Shown piece by piece: positions 1 to 12,465 of a DNA stretch of 64,000 bases (position 1 is the first letter of the stretch; every line of letters starts with the position of its first letter). A program made the position numbers and the translations under genes. The notes beneath the pieces were generated by a model that saw only the letters and a list, made by a program, of their open reading frames with translations, did not search any database and had not been told where the DNA came from. Source of the stretch: Eledone cirrhosa (Eukaryota); NCBI GenBank assembly GCA_964016885.1, contig OZ024744.1, positions 56,978,001-57,042,000 on the forward strand, given 5' to 3'.

Positions 1-32
<32 letters not shown>

Positions 33-185
33 GATATATATATGTATACATATACATACATATATATATATATACATACATATATACACGTATACATATA
101 CATACATATATATATATATATACATACATATATATACATATACATACATATATATACATATACATACATATATATATATGTATAT
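1..185. repeat. (TA)n/(TACA)n compound microsatellite
   Basis: Direct reading; similar tracts at 430-675 and 2395-2955. Confidence 0.95.
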
Positions 186-430
186 GGAGGTGCCACGGCA
201 AAAAAGCACCCAGCCCACACTGTAAAGTGGACGTGTAGGCGCCACGAAAAAGCACCCAGCACTCACTGTAAATGAGGTTGGTGTTAGGAAGGGCATCCAG
301 CTGTAGAAATCAAGCCAGATCAGTTCCTGTATGAGCAAGGCATGGTCAGCCGACCAGACACTGCCCACAACAGGACAACCCGTCTAACCCATGCTAGCGT
401 GGAAGAACGTACGTAAAACGGTGATGATGA
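186..430 (+). mobile_element. 3' half of the SINE / RTE 3'UTR repeat family
   Basis: Near-identical to 23202-23460 (ggaggtgccacggcaaaaaagcacccagc...aacccatgctagcgtggaagaac...(GAT)n tail). Related copies at 6180-6315 (-), 6955-7253, 37915-38153, 55560-55826. Confidence 0.85.
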
Positions 431-490
431 TATATATGTATACATATACATATATACATACACATACATACATATATATATATATATGTA

Positions 491-521
<31 letters not shown>

Positions 522-591
522 ATATGTATACATATACATATATACATACACATACATATATATATATATATGTATACATATACATATACAC

Positions 592-622
<31 letters not shown>

Positions 623-675
623 TATACACATATATATATATATACACATATATATATATATACACATATATATAC

Positions 676-2239
676 ACATCATCATCAACGTTTAACGTCC
701 GTGTTCCACGCTTGCATGGGTTTGGACGGGCGTAGTCCCACTTGAGGCAAGAGTGATTGTCTTGCTCGCATAGGACTGTCTGGCAGGTTTTCTACAGTTG
801 GATGCCCTTCCTAACACCAACCACATTTACAGTGTGGGTCTGGGAGGTTTTTACCGTGTTGCCTACACGGCCACATTACAGCGTGGACTGTGTGTTTTTT
901 TGTCGTGACACCTACACGATCTCATTTGTTTCGGCCTCGATGGCGCGGCACCAACATAACTTTACATAGAACGGGGTGGTGTGGATGGGGTGGGGTTGGT
1001 GGTGGTGGGACGGGGTGTATTTTGTTAGAGATGCCTACTGGCTGGAGTAGGTTTTACTATATATTTAGGTAAGGCGGGTCTTCTCTGTTACTGAGTACCG
1101 CCAAAGGTCTCGGTCCAGTGACATTGTCTTGGAGAGGTGTAAGTGTGTGATGTCGGAGTTTATCAGCTCGTCCCAGGTTTTTCTAGGTCTGCCTATTCCG
1201 TGACTACCGTCTATCTTTATTGCCCTGCACTTTGTTATACAGCTATCGACTTTCATGCGCATCACGTGTCCATACCAACGTAGCCTTCTCTCGAGTAAAC
1301 AACATCTGATCCCTCTTATCTCTAATTTTTTCCTTAGTTCGTTTATGCTTTGCCGTTCACGTATATTACTGTTACACATCCAGCGGAGCATGCAAGCTTC
1401 GTTCCTCTCTAGTCTGCGTATATCCTCTGCACACAATGCCCAGGTCTCACTGCCATGCAGCATTGCTGTTCGTATGCAGGCATGGTACAACCTGCCTTTC
1501 ATTTTTAGGGAGAACCCTTTAGCAGCTAATAGTGGTATAAGCTCTCTGAACTTTTTCCAACCAGTTCTGACTCTAGCTACAGTACTTTCAGAGCACCCTC
1601 CCCCACTGCTGATTTTATCGCCCAGGTAACGGAAGCTGTCCACTATTTCTATAGAACCCTCTGCGCAATTGAAAGAGCTAGTAGCTTGTGGGCACTTGCT
1701 GCTACTTATTGCACCAGAGCACCGGCCACATGTAAAATCTATGTTCTTAGTTAGCTTACCTGTGATCCCACTACATCTTTTATGCACCCATACTTTGCAT
1801 TTAGGACATAAAATGGAGTTTCTACCTACGCCTTTCCTACACACCGAGCACGACCATTTCCCAGAAGGGAACGCCGCCTTGTTTTCTTTCCTACAAACTA
1901 GTACTTTGGTCTTAGCCAGATTAATTTTAAGTCCTTTTGACTCTAGGCCGTGCTTCCATGTTTGGAATTTCTTCTCTAGCTCGGCCATTGATTCCGCTAT
2001 GAGTGTCAGGTCGTCTGCGTATAGGAGTTCCCATGGGCAGCCTGTCTTGAACTCCTCTGTTATAGCCTGAAGGGCAATAATAAATAGTAGTGGGCTGAGA
2101 ACAGAGCCCTGATGGACGCCGACTTTTACGCTAAACTCTTCACTATATTCGTTGTTAATTCTAACCTTGCTGACTGTTTCTTTATACATGGCTTGTATAG
2201 CCCTCACAAGCCATTCGTCAACGCCTAGTTTTCTAAGCG
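676..2239 (-). mobile_element. RTE-clade non-LTR retrotransposon, 5'-truncated young copy (RT C-terminal half, about 390-nt 3'UTR, (GAT)n tail)
   Basis: Uninterrupted ORF 1065-2207 with GVHQGSVLSPLLF, LLYADD, FRYLG, RLRWYGHVMR and GRPRKTW motifs typical of RTE ORF2. Confidence 0.95.
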
Positions 2240-2955
2240 TATTTTCAAACCTTAATTCCTAACGTATTTTCAAACCTCAATCCCTAATTCTAGCGTATCT
2301 TCAAAACAAAAAACAAAATCCTTTCCTTCTTCCTTCTTCGAAGGCATGGGGCGGTCAAACGCCTAACACACACAACCATCATGCGCCCCCCCCCATATAT
2401 ATATATACACACACATATATATATATATACACATATATATATATATACACATGTATATATATATATACACATATATATATATATACACATGTATATATAT
2501 ATACACATATATATATATATATATACACACATATATATATATATACACACATATATATACATATATATACATGTACATATATATACACATATATATACAC
2601 ATATATATATATACACATATATATATATACACATATATATATATATACACATATATATATATATACACATATATATATATATACACATATATATATATAT
2701 ACACACATATATATATACACACATATATATATATACACATACATATATATACACATACATATATATACACATACATATATATACACATATATATATATAC
2801 ACATATATATATATACACATATATATATATACACATATATATATATACACATATATATATATACACATATATATATATACACATATATATATATACACAT
2901 ATATATATACACATATATATATATACATATATATACATATACATATATATACATA

Positions 2956-3155
2956 NNNNNNNNNNNNNNNNNNNNNNNNNNNNNNNNNNNNNNNNNNNNN
3001 NNNNNNNNNNNNNNNNNNNNNNNNNNNNNNNNNNNNNNNNNNNNNNNNNNNNNNNNNNNNNNNNNNNNNNNNNNNNNNNNNNNNNNNNNNNNNNNNNNNN
3101 NNNNNNNNNNNNNNNNNNNNNNNNNNNNNNNNNNNNNNNNNNNNNNNNNNNNNNN
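2956..3155. other. Assembly gap (200 N)
   Basis: Run of N between two microsatellite tracts. Confidence 1.
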
Positions 3156-4910
<1,755 letters not shown>

Positions 4911-4955
4911 ACAATATTAAATAAATGGAAAACTATATTTATAAAACCATATTTA

Positions 4956-5017
4956 TTTCATTATATATATTTCGGGGATATCATATTAACAATATGCTAT
5001 GCCTTCATCAGACAAAA
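4956..5017 (-). ncRNA. Hammerhead ribozyme-like motif (type I) in a Penelope pLTR-like remnant (about 4911-5260)
   Basis: Reverse complement: UUUUGU CUGAUGA AGGCAUAGCAUAUU GUU AAUAUGAUAUCCCC GAAA UAUAUA UA AUGAAA. Core boxes intact, imperfect stem II, palindromic stem III, 6-bp stem I with G.U pairs. Confidence 0.7.
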
Positions 5018-5388
5018 TACAATATAAACAGTTTTATAGATAAATATATTCAACATACCGTAATAAACATCAACTTCATTTGAAGAGGTTTAAGCTAGCA
5101 GTGAAAATACAGAGAGAAAGAAAGAGAGAGAGAAAAGAGGGAAATAAGAAAGAAAGAAAGACAAAACAAAGAAAAGAAAAAGAAAAAGAAGAAATGCATG
5201 GGACAAAATAGAGAGATGGAAAAATAGATAAAGCGAAGAGCTTCATGTAAAGAGACAGAAAGAGATATATATATCTTTCTGTCTCTTAAACCGTACGTTC
5301 AAATTTCGGTGAAATTGCTAAACTTATAGATGAAGGTCCGGCGGAACCATCGGTCAAATAAACTTTCAAATAAGTTCTTGTTTTTGAT

Positions 5389-5966
5389 TATATATATAAA
5401 ACTGATGTTGTCTGTCTACTAAAACCTTCGGCACACATCTCCTCTTAAACCGTACGTTCAAATTTCGGTTAAATTGCTACACTTATAGATGAAGGTCCGG
5501 CGGAACCATTTTTTGAGCGTAAGTGACGAGTTATTTCCCTTTGTTCTGTTTACATTGAGCATCTTACGTTCTGTTTACATTTTCTGCGTGCAAAAATTAA
5601 AAAAATTACGCTGGCTTTCTCAGCGTATAAAATGACATTAACACAATACACGAACAGTTGTCGAGCCAGCAGAATTTTGACCTGCAAAATTCATCAGTTC
5701 GAACACTAAGCTTCCGTTTTGCTTCATTTCCATTTAAAAGCCTTTTAACATAATATTTTTACTTGAAAACAAGTCTATTTAAAGACTACGTAAACCAAGC
5801 AAATATTTCGTAAAAAAAAGCAAAAATTATATAAGTTTATTTAAAATATATGTATCTGTAAATTTCGTTAGGCGTGCAGACAGACTTTAAGCCAAAAAGA
5901 AACCTAACATTGTAACTTTAACACAGCTACTGAACGACCCCGAGCAACGCCGGGCTTTACTGCTAG
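5389..5966 (+). mobile_element. Non-autonomous Helitron-like element
   Basis: 3' end has a GC hairpin CCCGAGC-AAC-GCCGGG (5939-5954) followed by CTAG|T (5963-5967). 5' end TATATATAAAACTGATGTTGTCTGTCT resembles Helitron heads. An internal 68-bp block (about 5441-5510) is duplicated upstream at about 5282-5350. Confidence 0.7.
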
Positions 5967-6131
5967 TATATTATATATATATATTATATATTATATATAT
6001 ATATTATATATTATATATATATTATATATATATTATATATATATATATTATATATTATTTATATATTATATATTATTTATATATTATATATATTATATAA
6101 TATATATATATATTATATATATATTATATAT

Positions 6132-6176
<45 letters not shown>

Positions 6177-6800
6177 AATATCATCATCATCATTTCATCT
6201 TACGTCCGCTTTTCCCTGCTTGCAAGGGTGTGACGGGAACTGATTCTGGCTTGATTTCTACAGCTGGATGCCCTTCCTAACATCAACCTCATTTACAGTG
6301 ACTGCTGGGTGCTTTTCTTTTTTTTTTTTTTTTTTTTTTTAATAGAAATTTTTAATTTTGACAGATAGACTATTTTTATTTTTTTTTATTTTATTTTATT
6401 TTGAAAACCTTTTTTATACTTAATTTAATTTTATTTTATTAATACATTGTTACACTTCTTAATCCACTTTTTAGTATTTAAACCGAATATAAAATAATAA
6501 ACCCAGTTTCTATATTTTAGACCTCTAATATTTGAATACCATCTATAATATTCGCATATGCTCCTCATCAATTTAACTTTACTTTTTAACCGTTATTTAC
6601 AGCTAGTTTCATTTTGACAGCGTTTCTGATCAAAAGTATCTCTCTCTCTTCCTTTCTTTTTTCCTCTTTTCTTTTTCCTTTTTCTCCTTTCCTTTTCTTC
6701 TATTTTCCTATGCTTTTCTTACTCTTATATTTCTGTCATATGTAGACTTTGCACTTTCATGTTGACAAGTGTTTTTAGGCCTCATATCATGTTACCTTTA

Positions 6801-6863
6801 TTTTATCTGATGAGAACACAATTTTTGTTCCAGGATGATGTTTTCGAAATGAGCATAATAAAG
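6801..6863 (+). ncRNA. Hammerhead ribozyme-like motif (type I) in a Penelope pLTR-like remnant (about 6360-6900)
   Basis: UUUUAU CUGAUGA GAACA...UGUUUUC GAAA UGAGCA UA AUAAAG. Both core boxes, 6-bp stem I, near-palindromic stem III, AUA triplet. Confidence 0.7.
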
Positions 6864-8139
6864 TATATGGAACTTTTTAACCATCTTTTAATTTCTTCTT
6901 TATATATAAAATATATATATAATATATATATAAAATATATATATATATATGAAAAGCTGAAGCATATAGACAATATGCCCCCCCACATCCCCCACTGCAA
7001 AGTGGTTGTGGAGGTGCCACGGCAAAAAAGCACCCAGCCCACACTGTAAAGTGGACGTGTAGGCACCACGGAAAAAAGCGCCCAGCACTCACTGTAAATG
7101 AGGTTGGTGTTAGGGCATCCAGCTGTAGAAATCAAGCCAAAATCAGTTACCGTATGAGGCATGGTAAGCTGACCGGATACTGCCCACAACAGGACAACCC
7201 GTCTAACCTATGCTAGCGTGGAAGAACGGACGTAAAATGGTGATGATGATGATATAGTCCTATATGAGAAAGACACGGTCACCTGACCAATCTTGCCTCA
7301 AATGGGGCAATTCCTGCCTAACCCATGTTAACGTGGAAGATGGACGTTAAAAGATGATGATGATGATGATTGCTTTATTTTAATTAATCTTAAAATTTTA
7401 AAATAGATGTAGATTGGCAAAAGAAAAGGAAAACAGAATTGATTTTTATTCCAATTGTGTCTAACTGCTGTGCACAGAAAATTATGTGAATGTAATTTAG
7501 ATAGATGTAAATTTTTTTTCTTAACTTGTTGGGTTTGTAGGAAGAGACAATGCCCATAATCTTCACAGGCCCTCCAAAACCAGAGAGGTTGATGCTGTTG
7601 CTGTTCTATTTAAATTGTTGCAGGTGTACTATTTTGGGAAAGATTTTAGCAGAAAGGGAGTTCTGGTGGGCTGATATTCTTTGGAGGAAAGAATGGTCAT
7701 AGTAGTCAATGTGGAGCCTGATGAGAGGAGATTTGAATGTTGGGAGGGAGTTCTAGTGAGCTGATATTCTAGGCAGATAAGAGATTATGCAGGAGACAAC
7801 ATGGATGATGATAGGAGAGATGAATGAGTCAAGAGTGCGTGACTTGAAGGTATGAGACCTGGAAGGAGAGACCATTGTAGTAGTAGTAGTAGAAAATGGA
7901 AGAGACGCATGTGTGTAGGCCAGAGACTGGAGTGTGCTAGGTGCAAATAAATGTCCACTTCTTTTCATCACTGAAAGATGTAAAGACTGGATATCAACAG
8001 GAAGCTTTGTATGCTTCAACTGAAAAACTGTAAAAATGTTTGAAAGTTGTAAAAATGGATAAAGTTTTTAAAAAAAAAAAAAAGTTAGCATTGTAGAGGT
8101 ACAAAAACTCAATAATATCAATAAAGTGATAACTGTTGA

Positions 8140-8346
8140 GTAAAGGTGTGTCAGAAGTTCCAGGTGGAAGGAAGTCATAGAGGAAAACCAAGGAAAGCAT
8201 GGGTAGAAGTGGTGAAAGCTGATCACCGGGTGCTAAACCACACAAAGGAATGAACTAAGTTGAGAGAAGCTAGCTGTTTTGTAGAGGACCCATCCTACCC
8301 AGGCAAGCATGGAAAAGCTGATCTAAAAATGTTGATGATGATGATG
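8140..8346 (+). mobile_element. Degraded RTE 3' end
   Basis: RGKPRKAWVEVVKAD-like coding remnant followed by the gcaagcatggaaaag...(GAT)n tail. Confidence 0.65.
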
Positions 8347-8757
8347 AAAGTGGTATGTAGAGCTGGAGCAAGCAGCAACTAAATACTGTGCAATTCAGTA
8401 TAAACAGATGATAGATAACAGCTCTGTGGATTTTCTGGCATAGTGTCAGGGATAGAAAGTTTTAGCTGCACCATGTATACTGGAGAATAACAGGCCAGCC
8501 ATGGATTGAAGACTAAGGACATCTTTGGAAGTCTACTAATAATAGTTTATGTGGAACAATTAACAGTGTAGTTATTAATAGTAAAGTGATAAGAGTTGGA
8601 TATCAAAATAAATAGTGTAAAAAGCATCTAGTTTGAGAACTAAAATGTTTATTTCTCTACACGATAAGTGAATAGAAGTGTGATGCTGTGAACTAGCGAA
8701 AGATGGTTATTGAGTGTAGCCAATAAATGAGAGATGGTTAGTGAGTGTAGGCAATAA

Positions 8758-9056
8758 CTGAGAAATAGTGTAGGGAAGAACTGAGAGATGGTGAGTGTAG
8801 GGAAGAACAGAGAGATGGTGAGTGTAGGGAAGAACAGAGAGATGGTGAGTGTAGGGAAGAACAGAGAGATGGTGAGTGTAGGGAAGAACAGAGAGATGGT
8901 GAGTGTAGGGAAGAACAGAGAGATGGTGAGTGTAGGGAAGAACTGAGAGATGGTGAGTGTAGGGAAGAACTGAGAGATGGTGAGTGTAGGGAAGAACTGA
9001 GAGATGGTGAGTGTAGGGAAGAACTGAGAGATGGTGAGTGTAGGGAAGAACTGAGA
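8758..9056. repeat. 27-bp minisatellite, about 11 copies
   Basis: Unit c(t/a)gagagatggtgagtgtagggaagaa; it explains the repetitive FFPTLTIS ORF. Confidence 0.95.
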
Positions 9057-9393
9057 AGAGTCCAAATGAAAGCTAATCCAGCTGTAATCTCACCATATAT
9101 TTCTTTAGCTTAGTTCACACTGGACCACATTATCCAAAGTCTTTTTCAAAGACAGTAAAGTGTGATTTGAAGACTTGGCTGCTATTTCTAGCATGTCAAA
9201 CAACCATATAAATTATTCCTTGGGGGAGAGGTTGAATGTTGAAATAAATTTAAAAAAAAATCATATTAACCCCCTCAATACCAACATGCTTGTGACTGGC
9301 CATGATTCTATGGTATAAAATCTCTCATTTTAAATTGTTTATATTCCGTCATAATTTTAAGAACTTTTTAAGTAATGTTTCAAATGCTAATTT

Positions 9394-9580
9394 AATAATT
9401 GTTTCTAGTTTTGGCACAAGGCCAGCAATTACTCAGTGTATTACTGGTACTTTATTTTATCAACCCCATAAGGATGAAAGGCAAAGTTAACCTCGGCGGG
9501 ATTTGAACTCAGAATGGCAAGGGCCGTAACTCTATACGTCAAAGCATGGCGTCCGACCCTCTACCGTTACTGCCAATCCA
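9394..9580 (-). mobile_element. tRNA-derived SINE, about 190 bp
   Basis: Reverse complement of the family at 26826-27003 and 39306-39490, with A-box-like TGGCAGTAACGG and B-box GAGTTCAAATCC. Confidence 0.85.
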
Positions 9581-11074
9581 TTTAATAATGAGTTATTTTA
9601 CTAAGTCATCTGAATTATGGGTTATTTAAAAAAAATATTACAAGTATGGTCACACATTTCTGCTCCTTTTCTGTAAGATACAATAGGATGTTGGCATATT
9701 GGGTTGATGGAATTGATGTCACCTTTTTAAAACATCTTATCTAGGAAAGTAATCATTTGTTATTACTGCTACTTCAATTTATTTGCCTAAGGATTTATAT
9801 CTTCTTAAAAATGTAAACTCATTACAAATTGCTTGGGGTCAAAAATATACTTACTGACAATTGAATTACCAATGCAACTAAAAGGGACTATGGTTCTATG
9901 AAACAAAACCACCCATTTTAAACAGTATTTATTTAAATTAAAATTCCCCACCTTAATTTGATATAAGAACTGTTTGTTGTTGCAAATATTATCTTAACAA
10001 AATAATTAATTTCAGTAAACCCCCTTCAAATTCTTCATTAATTAAAATACAGTTTGTCATTAGATATGGTTATGAAAGGGTTAAAAAACAATGGTTTTTA
10101 ATGAATGTCAATAACAACTGTTTATGTACCTATCTTTTAGTTCAAATGTCGAGTTTATTTCTTATTTGGCTCAACGTTTTGAACATGGATATCATTTTGC
10201 TTCATTTTTTCCCTGCTGGCATAGGTTGAATGGGTCTTTAGACCAAGTCAGTGACTAATGGGTGTTACCAGTCCTAAACAGACTGGGTGATCACATTTTG
10301 TTTAGTATGCTGTTTGATATGATTTCTGCAGCTGGATGCCCTTACTAATGCCAACCACTTTACATAATGTACTGGGTACAATTTTATTGTAGCCTTAACA
10401 TTACCACTTTACAAAGTGTACTGAGTGTGATTTATATTATGGTGTGAGTACTAGAGGTTATGTCCTTGACATTAGTGATAATTCTTCTTTCCTGTCCCAT
10501 ATGGTACTCCTGAATGTTAATCTGTATTTATATTTCTTGTTCCTTTATTTATAAGACAATTTTATTCTGATCTAGATCAAAGGTTCTCAACGGGGGGGGG
10601 GGGGGGCATATGCACCCCTCCGGGGGCGTTTGGGAATAAGGTCGCGTTAGGGGGGGGGGGGGCGGCGTTTGAGGCTTGAGGGGGGATAGGGGGCGCTGGA
10701 AGACTCTTTACTTTGGTAAGTTTTATAAGCCATATTTGTATGTCTTTGAGACAGCCAGTGTGAATGCATTTGAATGAGCTTGCAGACAGCATAACTATAG
10801 TCTGACTGCAGCTGTGAGCATGTGTGCAGGCGTGTCTAGACATTAACCGATAATTGAGATCCTAAAAATGAAAAAAACCCAGTCATCTGGGTCAAGGACA
10901 CTTTGGGCGCAGCCAGTTAGAATCTTATCTTTCCTTCACCGATAACAATGTATTTCATGTCTGAAATTATTGACTCAACCGTAACGAGTTAACACTATGT
11001 AGATCTATTTTATTCCCTATTGTATAAATAATATTACAAATAAAAAAAAAGAAAGAAAATACAGAAGCGAGTAG

Positions 11075-11405
11075 CACACACATCTAGGACCACATACAAC
11101 ACATAAGCAGGTAATACATGCATCTAGGACCACATACAACACATAAGCAGGTAATACACACATCTAGGACCACATGCAACACATAAGGAGTTAGCACACA
11201 CACACACATCTAGGACCACATAAAACACACAAGCAGGTAATACATCTAGGACCACATGCAACACATAAGCAGGTAATACACACATCTAGGTCCACATACA
11301 ACACAATCAGGTAATGCATACATCTAGGACCACATACAACACATAAGGAGGTAATACAACACACAGGCAGGTAATACATACATCTAGGACCACATATAAC
11401 ACACA
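11075..11405. repeat. About 40-bp minisatellite inside the hAT element
   Basis: About 8 copies of catctaggaccacatacaacacataagcaggtaataca. Confidence 0.9.
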
Positions 11406-12465
11406 TTGTTTCATGTGCTAGGGACGACGCAAGAGCAATGGTCGGCCAACATAAGGGCTTCATCACTCTTCTGAAGAGAGAAAATCTATCTGTATTTGCT
11501 GTTCATTGTGTCATTCATCGACAACACTTGGCTGTGAAGAAATTCAGTAAGCCTCTGAGCAAGTCCTTGCAGGTGGCCATTGGTGTCATCAATTTTATCA
11601 AACGGCATTCCCTCAATGAACGAATTTTCCAGCAACTGTACCAAGATAATGACGAAGTATTCGCCAAGTTGCTCCTTCATACTGAAGTGAAGTGGCTTTC
11701 AAAGGGCAAGTGCTTTACTCACTTCTTTGAACTCTTTGAATCTATCATCGAGTTTCTGCAAGGACGCAACACACAGAACTGTACAAGAAAACCCTCGATG
11801 TGAGGCAAGACTGCGCCTACCTCACCAACATCTTCGACAAATGGAAAAGTGTCATTTTGGCTTTGCAGGAGAAGATCACCTTGTTTAAAGCAAGGAATGC
11901 TGTAAAAACATTCCTGGCCAAATTGAATGTCATCGAAAGGAATCTTTCTTGTCGGGAATTCTATAATTTTCCTAGTGTCGCCAATGTTCAAAACATTGTA
12001 AGCGATGACTAACTCCAAATTTATACCACTCACCTCCGTGCACTACAAGACCTGAGAGAATGGTTTGTCGACCTTTTGCTGATGGACATCCCAATGTGGA
12101 TAGCAGATGCTTTCATAGCTAACGTCGATGATTTGGACGTTAAATTTCAGGAAGAATTCATTGAACTTCAAGCAGATGACATGATCAAAATTAGATTTCC
12201 CAAAATAGGTGAACCCCTTTTTGGGATGCAAGAGGAAATTCAGCGTTGATTTCCACACCTACATGCAGAGGCTAAGAGATTTGCTCTGCTTTTTCCAAGC
12301 TCATACTTAGTCGAGAGGAGGTTCGGTGTTGTTTCCAGACTGCACAGTAAGGCTCGCAACCGCTACAATGTAATTACACGTGGAGATCTCTGGCTACATC
12401 TTAGGAAAATTCAGCCTCACGTCAAAGAGTTAGCTAGACTCCATGAAGCTCAAGGGTCCAATTGA
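11403..12465 (+). pseudogene. hAT transposase C-terminal half with frameshifts and stops
   Basis: HIVSCARDDARAMVG (degenerate TDGAxAMxG), HCVIHRQHL, LLHTEVKWLSKG, FPSSYLVERRF and RGDLWLHL...HEAQGSN* match ZBED5/SCAND3/GTF2IRD2-type transposases. Confidence 0.9.

Noticed and set aside
1255-2070. Antisense ORFs over RTE copies (also 22585-23031, 49029-49403, 53816-54381)
   Set aside because: Shadow frames of the LINE ORF with no independent evidence of coding.
10577-10843. Proline-rich ORF on the minus strand
   Set aside because: Antisense reading of the G-rich subterminal region of the hAT element.
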